From the NCBI GenBank assembly GCA_046484945.1, contig JAWOHY010000242.1:1-54967 (forward strand): DNA of 54,967 bases, read 5' to 3'. This stretch comes from Bacteroidales bacterium (GTDB lineage Bacteria > Bacteroidota > Bacteroidia > Bacteroidales > JAGOPY01). Position 1 is the first letter of the stretch, and every line of letters begins with the position of its first letter. Shown piece after piece: positions 1-8,259 of this stretch. Under the pieces are notes generated by a model. The model was not told the DNA's origin. It was given only the letters and a program-made list of their open reading frames with translations, and did no database searches. A program made the position numbers and the translations under genes.

Positions 1-1101
1 AAAAATACGGCTTTTACAAAGTTTCACGAGGCGATGGGTGCACGGATGGTTCCTTTCGCAGGCTATAATATGCCGATACAGTTTGAGGGTGTGAACGTTG
101 AGCATGAGACTGTGCGGAAAGGTGTTGGTGTTTTTGATGTTTCCCATATGGGCGAGTTCTGGGTTAAGGGCCCCAGGGCGTTCGAACTGGTTCAGAGATT
201 AACCACGAATAATGTGGCAGCATTAACGGATGGCAAGGTGCAATACACTTGCTTTCCAAATGGTAAGGGAGGGATTGTTGATGATCTGCTCGTTTACCGC
301 ATGGATGCAGAAACATACCTGCTGGTTGTAAATGCTGCCAATATTGACAAAGACTGGGAATGGTGTTCCCGGATTGCAAATGATATGGGCGTTGAAATTG
401 GTAAGGAGTTGTACAATGCATCTGACGAGATTGCCCAGCTTGCAGTTCAGGGGCCGAAAGCGATGGAGCTTGTTCAGAGGATCATTGACGAACCTGTAAT
501 GGACATGGAGTTCTATACCTTCAGAAAGGTCACTGTTGCCGGAGTGAAGGATGTGATTGTGTCCACCACCGGTTACACTGGATCTGGTGGTGTTGAGATC
601 TATATGGCAAATGAAGATGCTGAAAAGATATGGATAGCATTGTCGGAGGCAGGCAAAGAGTTCGGATTAAAGTCTATAGGACTTGGTGCACGCGATACCC
701 TTAGGCTTGAAATGGGATTCTGCCTTTACGGTAATGATATTGATGACGAACATTCACCGATAGAGGCAGGCCTTGGATGGATAACAAAGTTTGTTGAAGG
801 GAATGATTTTATTGACAGGCCTTTCCTTGAGAAACAGAAGGCCGGGGGGATAACTCGTCAGCTGCGTGGTTTTGAGATGATTGACAAAGGAATACCCCGC
901 CAGCATTACGAGATATGTGATGAATCGGGCAAGCAGATAGGGGAGGTCACCTCAGGAACAATGGCGCCGAGCCTTAAGGTCGGAATCGGGATGGGGTACA
1001 TTGCCAAAGAGCATTCTGCTCTCGACAACACCATATACATCAGGGTTAGGGATAAGCTGCTGGCTGCCAAAATAGTAAAAACCCCTGGGACTTTGCTTTG
1101 A
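1..1101 (+). CDS. gcvT: Glycine cleavage system T protein (aminomethyltransferase), 5' end cut by window edge
   Basis: Frame 1 is open from nt 1 ([28 protein letters not shown]), so the ATG at 34 is internal. GcvT-type motifs are [23 protein letters not shown] and [21 protein letters not shown]. Confidence 0.93.
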   Translation, partial: KNTAFTKFHEAMGARMVPFAGYNMPIQFEGVNVEHETVRKGVGVFDVSHMGEFWVKGPRAFELVQRLTTNNVAALTDGKVQYTCFPNGKGGIVDDLLVYRMDAETYLLVVNAANIDKDWEWCSRIANDMGVEIGKELYNASDEIAQLAVQGPKAMELVQRIIDEPVMDMEFYTFRKVTVAGVKDVIVSTTGYTGSGGVEIYMANEDAEKIWIALSEAGKEFGLKSIGLGARDTLRLEMGFCLYGNDIDDEHSPIEAGLGWITKFVEGNDFIDRPFLEKQKAGGITRQLRGFEMIDKGIPRQHYEICDESGKQIGEVTSGTMAPSLKVGIGMGYIAKEHSALDNTIYIRVRDKLLAAKIVKTPGTLL

Positions 1102-1120
1102 CGGCGAACACCTGTGGAAT

Positions 1121-2077
1121 ATGGACTACCAGCAGAACAAGCTCTACCAGATAAAACGGCAGGATGACGAGAAATTTACCAGGATCAAGGAACGGACGGG
1201 ACAGGTGACTTTTACACAGCAGGTCAAAAATTTCGGCCCGGGGATGGTGACGTCCGCCGACCTGCACATTGCCATCCCGGTGAACCGGAACAACCAGGAG
1301 CTTTTGGAGGAGATCACCTTCAACATGGAGCCCGCCGGTTTTGTTACGGACCGCTGGGGACAGCAGACGGCGCATTTCCGGTTTGAGAACCTGCAGGCCG
1401 GTGAGACCCGGACGGTGGAAATGAACGTCAAAGCGAAAACCTGGGAGGTCCGGCAGTTTATCTTTCCTGACCAGGTGGGCGGCCTGGATCAGATCCCGAA
1501 AGAGATCAAAGACCGCTACCTGGAGGATAATGAGAAATTCCAGCTGGACCACCCGGTCATCCGCGATGCCGTTAAAAATGTCGTCGGGAATGAGCAGAAT
1601 CCTTACTGGATCATGCGGAAGATATACGATTACATCATCGACAACATGTATTATGAGATGACGGGAGGTTGGAACACGGCGCCGACCGTTATTTCGCGGG
1701 GGAATGGGTCGTGCTCGGAATATACTTTCGTGCTGATCGCCATGTGCCGTGCGGCGGGGCTGCCGGCCCGGTACGTCGGATCGGTGGTGGTGCGCGGCGA
1801 CGATGCCAGCATGGATGACGTCTTTCACCGCTGGGCGGAGGTGTATCTCCCGAATTTCGGATGGATCGCAGTGGACGCCAGCCGCGGCGACCGCGACTGG
1901 CCACGCGACCAGGCCATCGCCATCGGTACGGTCAGCGGTACGCTATTGATCACCACCCAGGGCGGCGGCGGTTCGGAAACCCTCGAATGGACCTATAACT
2001 CGAACCATTTCTGGACTACGGAACCGAAAACTTATGTCAATTTTGAGCATTTTGCAGATTGGGATGTGTTTCAATGA
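1121..2077 (+). CDS. Transglutaminase-like cysteine peptidase domain protein
   Basis: Cys-His-Asp core is recognisable: GSCSEYTFVLIAMCRAAGLPARYV, HRWAEVYLPNFGWIAVDASRGD. No signal peptide. ATG lies 19 nt after the gcvT stop. Visibly GC-richer than gcvT. Confidence 0.85.
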   Translation: MDYQQNKLYQIKRQDDEKFTRIKERTGQVTFTQQVKNFGPGMVTSADLHIAIPVNRNNQELLEEITFNMEPAGFVTDRWGQQTAHFRFENLQAGETRTVEMNVKAKTWEVRQFIFPDQVGGLDQIPKEIKDRYLEDNEKFQLDHPVIRDAVKNVVGNEQNPYWIMRKIYDYIIDNMYYEMTGGWNTAPTVISRGNGSCSEYTFVLIAMCRAAGLPARYVGSVVVRGDDASMDDVFHRWAEVYLPNFGWIAVDASRGDRDWPRDQAIAIGTVSGTLLITTQGGGGSETLEWTYNSNHFWTTEPKTYVNFEHFADWDVFQ

Positions 2078-2119
2078 GTTTCTTGTTTCTGGTTTCTGGT
2101 TTCTTGTTTCTTGTTTCTT
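2078..2119. repeat. Heptanucleotide microsatellite (GTTTCTK)x6
   Basis: Direct read: gtttctt gtttctg gtttctg gtttctt gtttctt gtttctt. It starts at the first base after the TGA of the transglutaminase-like gene. Confidence 0.95.
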
Positions 2120-2131
2120 GTTCCGGATTTA

Positions 2132-2166
2132 ATTCAAAATTCAAAATTCAAAACTCAAAATTCATA
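2132..2166. repeat. Heptanucleotide microsatellite (ATTCAAA)x5, last two units degenerate
   Basis: Direct read: attcaaa attcaaa attcaaa actcaaa attcata. It ends 5 nt before the GTG at 2171. Confidence 0.9.
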
Positions 2167-2170
2167 AGCA

Positions 2171-2608
2171 GTGGTTCGTAAACTCAGACTGACATCAGTA
2201 GTTTCTTATGATTATACCATTTTTGGTGTGTCATGCCATTTGAAGGATTACCGCTTTGCTTTTTTCCTGAACGATAAACTGGGATTTGGTTTTAAGAGAA
2301 AAGAGGATCTGATATTCCGGGAAGGAGCGGATGATAAGGCATACTCTTTTTATATTTATCCACACCCGGATGAGCGGCGCAACTACTATCTTGTTTCCAA
2401 TTACAATGAAGCCGGGCGCCTGATCCCCTCTGAAAAGGGGGTCGATTTCTTTATCATTGCCGATGACCTGTTGCCGGCCCAGCTCAAAAAGAGCTTGTTA
2501 TCAAAGGTTCAATCGGTATCGCAGGTCCTGGCAGCATATGAGATCCCGAAAGGAAAAGTGAAAAACCTGGAGGTGATCTTCGAAGAGATCGAGATGCACC
2601 TGCTGTAA
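2171..2608 (+). CDS. IPExxxVDY-family small protein (conserved Bacteroidota protein of unknown function)
   Basis: 145-aa ORF with GTG start and no in-frame ATG upstream. N-terminus YDYTIFGVSCHLKDYRFAFFLNDKLGFGF resembles the family as I recall it. Internal IPSEKGVDF fits the eponymous IPExxxVDY motif. Confidence 0.6.
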   Translation: MVRKLRLTSVVSYDYTIFGVSCHLKDYRFAFFLNDKLGFGFKRKEDLIFREGADDKAYSFYIYPHPDERRNYYLVSNYNEAGRLIPSEKGVDFFIIADDLLPAQLKKSLLSKVQSVSQVLAAYEIPKGKVKNLEVIFEEIEMHLL

Positions 2609-2629
2609 CCGGGATGGAGTCCCTTTCGT

Positions 2630-3652
2630 TTATACCGCCCCGGTGAATTGTTTGAGGAAGCGGACGTCATTCTCGAAAAACAGGCGGATATCCTGGATGC
2701 GGTATTTCAGCATGGTGATGCGCTCAATGCCCATTCCAAAAGCGAAACCGGTATATTCATCGCTGTCGATGCCGCAGTTTTCGAGCACACTCGGGTCAAC
2801 CATGCCGCAGCCCAGGATTTCGACCCATCCGGAATACTTGCAGATGGGGCAGCCCTTCCCGCCGCAGACGAAGCAGGTGACATCCATTTCGGCGGAAGGC
2901 TCGGTGAACGGGAAATAGCTGGGGCGGAACCGCACCTCCGTCCCTTCCCCGAACATTTCGTGGGCGAAATAATAAAGCGTCTGTTTCAGGTCGGCAAAGG
3001 AGACATCATGGTCGACATACAACCCTTCCACCTGGTGGAAGATGCAATGGGCGCGGGCGGAGATGGCCTCGTTGCGAAAAACCCTGCCGGGGTAAATTTC
3101 CCGCAGCGGGGGTTTGCGCGTTTCCATGGCACGGATCTGCACTGAAGAGGTATGGGTGCGAAGGAGGATATCGGGGTTGCTTTCGATGAAAAAAGTATCC
3201 TGCATATCGCGTGCCGGGTGGTCGGGCTGGAAGTTCAGCGCGGAAAAATTGTGCCAGTCGTCTTCTATCTCCGGGCCTTCGGCCACTACGAACCCGATCC
3301 GGGCAAATATCCGGATGATCTCCTCCCTGACGATTGAAAGCGGGTGCCGGGAACCCAGCTGCATATAATCGACCGGGAGGGTCAGGTCGGTTTCGCCCTT
3401 CTGCTCGCTGGTTCCGGCTTCGATTTGTTCTTTCAGCAGGGTGACCTTTTCCTGGGCCGTTTTTTTCAGCACGTTCAGCGCCTGGCCCATTTCCCGGCGC
3501 TGTTCGGGCGGCACATTCTTGAAATCCTCGAACAGGGCGGGGATCAACCCTTTTTTGCTGAGGTACCTGATCCGGAATTGTTCCAGCTCTTCCGCGCTTT
3601 GCGTGGTGAAGCTGTCAATGTCGGAGAGGTACTGGTTGATGAGGGATTGCAT
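2630..3652 (-). CDS. pheS: Phenylalanine--tRNA ligase alpha subunit
   Basis: 340 aa. Class II aaRS PheS motifs are HPLSIVREEI, DHPARDMQDTFF, FRPSYFPFTEPSAEMDV and AFGMGIERITMLKY. Confidence 0.96.
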   Translation of the reverse strand: MQSLINQYLSDIDSFTTQSAEELEQFRIRYLSKKGLIPALFEDFKNVPPEQRREMGQALNVLKKTAQEKVTLLKEQIEAGTSEQKGETDLTLPVDYMQLGSRHPLSIVREEIIRIFARIGFVVAEGPEIEDDWHNFSALNFQPDHPARDMQDTFFIESNPDILLRTHTSSVQIRAMETRKPPLREIYPGRVFRNEAISARAHCIFHQVEGLYVDHDVSFADLKQTLYYFAHEMFGEGTEVRFRPSYFPFTEPSAEMDVTCFVCGGKGCPICKYSGWVEILGCGMVDPSVLENCGIDSDEYTGFAFGMGIERITMLKYRIQDIRLFFENDVRFLKQFTGAV

Positions 3653-3654
3653 TG

Positions 3655-4368
3655 TTATTCAATGATCTCTATCTTCATCGTCACCGGTTCCAGCGGTTTG
3701 TCGCTGCCATCGCGGGGCACAGCGGCGATCTTATCGACCACCTCATAGCCTGTCACCACTTCGCCGAAGACGGAATAGCCGCCATCGAGCCAGGGTGCGC
3801 CGCCGATGGTGGTATAGGCCTGGCGCTGTTCCGCGGTGAATTTCGTGCCGTACCGCTGCTCATAGGAGTCGAGCGTGGCGTTGTCGAGCACGGTGCCCTG
3901 GACAATGTAGAACTGGCAACCCGAAGAGGCTTTTTTGGGGTTGACCTGGTCGCCCAGGCGTGCAGCGGCCAGGGCTCCTTTTTTATGGATATGGTTGGCT
4001 TTGATCTCGGCATCGATGGTATAGCCGGGGTCCTGGCGGCCGTCCTTGTTCCCGCCGCCCTGGATCATGAAACCAGGAATGATACGGTGGAACGGGGAAT
4101 CGTCGTACCAGCCTTCATTGATCATTTTAATGAAGTTATCGCGGTGAACGGGTGTGTCGTTATACAGTTTAAGGGTGATATCACCAAAGCGGGTAGTGAT
4201 CAGCACCAGGGTTTCATTGCCGTCTGCCGGCTGTTGCTGCTGCTGTGGAATGTCCTGTGCTTTGTCCTGGGCCTTGCCCTCTGTTTTGTCCTGTGGATTG
4301 CCCTGTGAGCAGCCCGATTGTTGTAAGGCCATAAATAATACTGTTAAGATGAGGAATGTCTTTTTCAT
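3655..4368 (-). CDS. Cyclophilin-type peptidyl-prolyl cis-trans isomerase, lipoprotein
   Basis: Signal plus lipobox MKKTFLILTVLFMALQQSGC. Cyclophilin core FHRIIPGFMIQGG, SSGCQFYIV and YSVFGEVV. Low-complexity Q/K linker after the lipobox. Confidence 0.93.
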   Translation of the reverse strand: MKKTFLILTVLFMALQQSGCSQGNPQDKTEGKAQDKAQDIPQQQQQPADGNETLVLITTRFGDITLKLYNDTPVHRDNFIKMINEGWYDDSPFHRIIPGFMIQGGGNKDGRQDPGYTIDAEIKANHIHKKGALAAARLGDQVNPKKASSGCQFYIVQGTVLDNATLDSYEQRYGTKFTAEQRQAYTTIGGAPWLDGGYSVFGEVVTGYEVVDKIAAVPRDGSDKPLEPVTMKIEIIE

Positions 4369-4398
4369 AAGATGATCATTTTATGTGGATATGACGGG

Positions 4399-4406
4399 CA
4401 AAAATA
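4399..4406 (-). promoter_or_regulatory. Candidate Bacteroidota -7 box (TATTTTTG) for the PPIase-pheS unit
   Basis: The minus strand reads TATTTTTG, an exact fit to the TAnnTTTG consensus, 30 nt upstream of the ATG at 4368. Confidence 0.4.
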
Positions 4407-4438
4407 TGAAAAAATAGCAAAAGAGGGGGCGGAATAAA

Positions 4439-5026
4439 TTAAGGGTGCGGCTTGTGATGTGTTTTTTCGACATAGCAATTGCGGCAGAGCGGTTCATAGC
4501 GATCGCCTTCTCCCAGCACCACCAGTCCTTTCTGGTCGCTGGTGCGATGGGAATATTGCGCCAGCCCGCCGCACCGGATACAGATCGCGTGTACCTTGTC
4601 GACGTATTCGGCGGTGGCCAGCAGGGCCGGAATGGGCCCGAAAGGCTTGCCGGTGTAGTCCATATCAAGTCCGGCGACGATCACCCGTGTACCGGCGTCG
4701 GCCAGCTTGTTACATACCATCACCAGTTCGTTGTCGAAAAACTGCGCCTCGTCGATGCCGACCACGTCGAAGTCGTTGGCATAAAGGAGTATTTGCGCTG
4801 CGGCCTGGACAGGGGTGGAATGGATGACATTTTCATCGTGCGATACGATATCCTGGGCGTGATAACGGGTATCGACGGCCGGTTTGAAGATCTCCACGGA
4901 TTGTTTCGCGATCAGGGCCCGGCGCAAACGGCGCAGCAGTTCTTCGGTCTTTCCGGAGAACATCGACCCGCAGATCACTTCGATCCAGCCGGAACGCGTA
5001 TGGCCGCTTGTACGCTCTAAGAACAA
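4439..5026 (-). CDS. tdk: Thymidine kinase
   Basis: P-loop [28 protein letters not shown], and zinc ribbon CIRCG...CRNC. The only in-frame start is TTG at 5026. Confidence 0.92.
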   Translation of the reverse strand: MFLERTSGHTRSGWIEVICGSMFSGKTEELLRRLRRALIAKQSVEIFKPAVDTRYHAQDIVSHDENVIHSTPVQAAAQILLYANDFDVVGIDEAQFFDNELVMVCNKLADAGTRVIVAGLDMDYTGKPFGPIPALLATAEYVDKVHAICIRCGGLAQYSHRTSDQKGLVVLGEGDRYEPLCRNCYVEKTHHKPHP

Positions 5027-5027
5027 G

Positions 5028-5055
5028 GTTTGAGGTTTAAGTTTTAAGGTTTAAG
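5028..5055. repeat. Heptanucleotide microsatellite (GTTTRAG)x4
   Basis: Direct read: gtttgag gtttaag ttttaag gtttaag. It abuts the tdk start codon, so it lies in the tdk 5' leader on the minus strand. Confidence 0.85.
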
Positions 5056-5074
5056 TTCGGGTTATTTTGGAGAT

Positions 5075-5082
5075 CAAAGTTA
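5075..5082 (-). promoter_or_regulatory. Candidate -7 box (TAACTTTG) for tdk
   Basis: The minus strand reads TAACTTTG (TAnnTTTG), 48 nt upstream of the TTG start. The heptamer array lies between the box and the start. Confidence 0.35.
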
Positions 5083-5133
5083 CGAAATAATTGTGGATGG
5101 GCATTAGGTTCCGTGTGCCGTGTTTCGTGTTCA

Positions 5134-5175
5134 AAGAACCAAGAACCAAGAACCAAGAACCAAGAACCAAGAACC
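5134..5175. repeat. Heptanucleotide microsatellite (AAGAACC)x6, perfect
   Basis: Direct read: six perfect tandem AAGAACC units. The reverse complement GGTTCTT is one base from the GTTTCTT arrays elsewhere in the window. Confidence 0.97.
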
Positions 5176-5210
5176 AACACCTAATACCCAACACCTAATA
5201 CCCAACACCC
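5176..5210. repeat. 14-nt tandem repeat (AACACCTAATACCC)x2.5
   Basis: Direct read, immediately following the AAGAACC array. Confidence 0.93.
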
Positions 5211-5228
5211 GAAATACGTTCATCCCGA

Positions 5229-5270
5229 AAAACCCGGCGTTCACACATTAAAACCCGGCGTTCATACATT
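5229..5270. repeat. 21-nt tandem duplication AAAACCCGGCGTTCA(C/T)ACATT x2
   Basis: Two adjacent copies (5229-5249, 5250-5270) differ at one base. Only the second copy completes a TAnnTTTG box. Confidence 0.9.
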
Positions 5271-5272
5271 TG
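5265..5272 (+). promoter_or_regulatory. Candidate -7 box (TACATTTG) for the T9SS cargo gene
   Basis: Exact TAnnTTTG match 80 nt upstream of the ATG at 5352. A near-match TATATTTA lies further downstream. Confidence 0.3.
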
Positions 5273-5351
5273 TTTCATATTGGCTTTCCGTGTATCGTAT
5301 ATTTACCCTTGACCTTTTAATCTTTATTTATTAATCAAAAATGGAGGAGTT

Positions 5352-8045
5352 ATGAAAACCTTTACAAAAATTCTGTTGACTTTGTTTGTTATTATGGCGG
5401 TAATTCAAACCGCATTTTCACAACAGCAGATCCAGTTTAACGGCCTTATTTCAAACGGCTTTGGCCTGGCCGGCTGGAATGCTGACGGTACAGGCCCGGA
5501 GCCCGCGGGTACCGGGCATTTTGTCCCGTTGCCGGGTTTCGGGAATCTCTATTACTATGGATCTACCAGGGATTATGTGAGCGGTGATCCCGATCATGGA
5601 GGGTTTCAATTTTTGCCTGGGATGACAGGATTCCCACAATTCACACAGGCGCTGGCAGATCATGGCTATTCACCGGAACAGGTGGTTCTGAAAACGGGCC
5701 TGGTGAGCTTAGGTGATGATGAGGAGGGACTGGACTGGTTTGTGATGGGAAACCATCATTATTCCAATCATTATATTGTCGGATACCAGCACCTGGAACT
5801 GGACGGCGAGCCCATGCTTGCCCTTGATATGAAATATCTGTTTTTTAGTGTATCTACCACCGGAAACAGCTGGTTTGTGGAATCCGATTACAGCCCGGTA
5901 ACGGATATCTCCGATTCCAGTTCTGCCGGCGTAAAGGCTGCCGCCCAGGCTTTCCTGGATGATCTCGGCGGGAAAGAGATCAAATTCAGTTATCAGTGCC
6001 CCTTTGCCGGCTCTGTTTCTTTTACGGGAAATGGCCGGTCAGGTGCGTACTACAATGTCACCGACGGCATACTGACGACAGGGTATCCCACCCTTCCCTT
6101 CCAGGGATTGTATGCCGACAATGAGGGCTTTGCCGGCTGGGATGCGGATGGCACAGGGCCCGAGCCTTCTGGCGACGGTCACCTGTCACAGCAATATTAT
6201 GGCGCATCGGTGGATTACGACGGCATTAACCCGCATCCTGACGCCTGCCTCGGTCATTTCCTCGATGGCTCCACAGGGTTTCTCAATACCCTGTTGCAAC
6301 TGGAATACAGAGGGTTTGATATCGATGACATGAAAATAAAACTGGGACTGAACAGCCTCGGCCCTGATGTGGAAGGTGAAGACTGGGGGTACGAAAACGG
6401 GTTGCATTGGTGCAATTATTACAACAACCACTTTGTAATTGAATTGAACGGTGAACCAATCCTGACGATATTGGCCGATACCAATAAGCTGGTCAGCCAT
6501 TCAAGTTACTGGACCTCCGGCACCACGGCAGGCAAGGTGTATGATATCTCTGAAAATGCAGCGCCGGCGGCGCAGTTTGTCGCCCAGTCATTCCTGAAAG
6601 ATATGGGCACACATTACCTGAATTGCATTACCGACTATATTGAATACGTGACGCTTTTCAGTGGCAACGGGAGAGATGGCGCCATCTATCAAATCACGGA
6701 GGGGAAGATGACGGGCTTGCATAAAAACATGACTTTCGTACCCCCCGGTATGATCAGTGGCACCTGGGCTGCTGAAGGATCGCCCTATTATGTGGACGGT
6801 CACATTGAAATTGCCGATGGCGAAACCCTCATTATTGAGCCGGGAGTGAAGGTGGCCGTGCGCGGGCCTTATCACTTCACTGTCCAAGGCTGTGTGAAAG
6901 CCGAAGGTACCGAAGAAGAAAACATCATTTTCACCCGCTCTAATCCCAATTTACAATGGGATGGGTTTGATTATGACATGACACCCAATACCAACGAACT
7001 GTCAGTCTTTGAGCATTGTCTCTTCGAGCATAGCAGTGCCCTTGGTAATTGGCCTTACAATTCGGGTGGTGTTTTTGCAGTAAAAGAATATGACAGCATC
7101 CTGATAGATCATTGCGTTTTTCGTTCCAATGAAGCGTTGAGATTGCTTATTGGGGGCGCGGGTGGTGCGGCCATCGCCTTGTGGGGGGCCAGTCCCGTTA
7201 TCCGTCACAGTGATTTTTACGACAACAAATCCATAAATGGGGGCGCCATTTTCTGTTATTTGGGATCAAACCCTGAGATCAGCCGATGTTTGTTTTATAA
7301 CAATAATGCTATTGATTATGGCGGAGCCATAGAAATATGGTCAAGCAGTCCGGAAATCATTAACAATACTTTTAGTTTGAATTCGGCGCAGATTGGAGGA
7401 GCAGTTGATATATATTCTGACCTTAATGTGATTGAACCGATTTTTGTAAACAACATTTTCTGGGACAATACTGCCGTTCAGAATGGTCATCAGGTATCAA
7501 TCACCTCAGCCAACTGCTCTCCCAAAATCAATTACAGCAATGTAGAAGGTGGCCGGGAAGGCATTGGCCCTTACAGCATGAATCCGGATGATTACCGGAA
7601 CAACCTGGATACGGATCCGCTATTTGTTGATGCTGGTGCGTTCAATTTCATACTGGACGAGTGGGCCCCCTCTCCGTGCATCGATGCCGGCGATCCCGCA
7701 TCACCTCCCGATCCGGATGGCTCACCGGCCGATATGGGCTGCTATTACCAGACCATTGCCACCGGCATCATTGGCCGGCAGGCGAATGGGTTTATGGCCA
7801 GTATCTATCCCAATCCGTTCTCGGATCATCTCAATATCCACTTTGAATTAACGGAAACTGCAAATGTGCGATTATACATCTACAACAGCACGGGCGCCCT
7901 GGTTGACCATGCAGATTTTGGCAGCTTGCAGCCGGGAAATGTTGAAAAGCGCTGGGATTCATCCACAATGCCCGAGGGTGTTTATTTCCTGGTGATAAAA
8001 ACCAATGATGGTCACTACACCGGGAAAATTGTGAAAATAAAATAG
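5352..8045 (+). CDS. Secreted T9SS cargo protein: two tandem ~220-aa N-terminal modules, a right-handed beta-helix region and a Por-type C-terminal sorting domain
   Basis: Signal peptide MKTFTKILLTLFVIMAVIQTAFSQ. Duplicated module markers GLAGWNADGTGPEPAGTGH and GFAGWDADGTGPEPSGDGH. Beta-helix-like NGGAIF.../YGGAIEIW.../IGGAVDIY turns. C-terminal IYPNPFSDHLNIHFEL...GVYFLVIKTNDGHYTGKIVKIK is a typical T9SS CTD. Confidence 0.88.
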   Translation: MKTFTKILLTLFVIMAVIQTAFSQQQIQFNGLISNGFGLAGWNADGTGPEPAGTGHFVPLPGFGNLYYYGSTRDYVSGDPDHGGFQFLPGMTGFPQFTQALADHGYSPEQVVLKTGLVSLGDDEEGLDWFVMGNHHYSNHYIVGYQHLELDGEPMLALDMKYLFFSVSTTGNSWFVESDYSPVTDISDSSSAGVKAAAQAFLDDLGGKEIKFSYQCPFAGSVSFTGNGRSGAYYNVTDGILTTGYPTLPFQGLYADNEGFAGWDADGTGPEPSGDGHLSQQYYGASVDYDGINPHPDACLGHFLDGSTGFLNTLLQLEYRGFDIDDMKIKLGLNSLGPDVEGEDWGYENGLHWCNYYNNHFVIELNGEPILTILADTNKLVSHSSYWTSGTTAGKVYDISENAAPAAQFVAQSFLKDMGTHYLNCITDYIEYVTLFSGNGRDGAIYQITEGKMTGLHKNMTFVPPGMISGTWAAEGSPYYVDGHIEIADGETLIIEPGVKVAVRGPYHFTVQGCVKAEGTEEENIIFTRSNPNLQWDGFDYDMTPNTNELSVFEHCLFEHSSALGNWPYNSGGVFAVKEYDSILIDHCVFRSNEALRLLIGGAGGAAIALWGASPVIRHSDFYDNKSINGGAIFCYLGSNPEISRCLFYNNNAIDYGGAIEIWSSSPEIINNTFSLNSAQIGGAVDIYSDLNVIEPIFVNNIFWDNTAVQNGHQVSITSANCSPKINYSNVEGGREGIGPYSMNPDDYRNNLDTDPLFVDAGAFNFILDEWAPSPCIDAGDPASPPDPDGSPADMGCYYQTIATGIIGRQANGFMASIYPNPFSDHLNIHFELTETANVRLYIYNSTGALVDHADFGSLQPGNVEKRWDSSTMPEGVYFLVIKTNDGHYTGKIVKIK

Positions 8046-8100
8046 CTCCTCCGGGCTAACCTCATCCCGTTGAGATGTCATATGGTTTCATATGCATGCA

Positions 8101-8142
8101 CCTCACCCTCTCTGCCATCCGGCGGAGAGGGGGCGGGTGAGG
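8101..8142 (+). terminator. Imperfect GC-rich hairpin downstream of the T9SS cargo gene (possible terminator or REP-like element)
   Basis: CCTCACCC-TCTCTGCC-atcc-GGCGGAGA-(gggggc)-GGGTGAGG. The outer 8-bp and inner stems pair around a bulge. There is no clear T-tract, so terminator function is uncertain. Confidence 0.35.
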
Positions 8143-8171
8143 AATCTGTTCCTGTTTGCTGCGCACCTCAC

Positions 8172-8206
8172 GACATTAGGTGGACATTAGGTATTGGGTA
8201 TTGATG
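8172..8206. repeat. Short tandem repeats GACATTAGGTG x2 followed by ATTGGGT/ATTGATG
   Basis: Direct read. The reverse complement (..CCCAATACCTAATGTCCACCTAATGTC) shares ACCTAAT and ACCCAA words with the 14-mer array at 5176-5210, in inverted orientation. Confidence 0.7.
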
Positions 8207-8259
8207 GGAAATCCGTGAAAATATTCTCATCTTTACAGGATAATTCAATCTGCCATTTT

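Noticed and set aside
2609-2629. Possible bidirectional terminator between the convergent IPExxxVDY-family gene and pheS
   Set aside because: Only 4-5-bp complementary segments (GGGA...TCCC, CCGG...CCGG) are present, with no T-tract. That is too weak to call.
5176-8206. Idea that the inverted ACCTAAT-type arrays flanking the T9SS cargo gene define an invertible or excisable cassette
   Set aside because: The shared words are short and degenerate. No recombinase or invertase gene is nearby, and the promoter lies inside the bracket together with the gene, so inversion would not switch expression. It is kept only as a low-interest note under the 8097-8206 finding.
8194-8259. Upstream extensions at alternative starts: TTG 8194 for the esterase, 10965 for rsmI, 20558 for lptC, 46450 for the decarboxylase and 39424 for GH16
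   Set aside because: In each case a downstream ATG yields a canonical N-terminus, either a signal peptide or lipobox or a conserved family start. It also removes an overlap with an upstream gene, repeat or promoter box.
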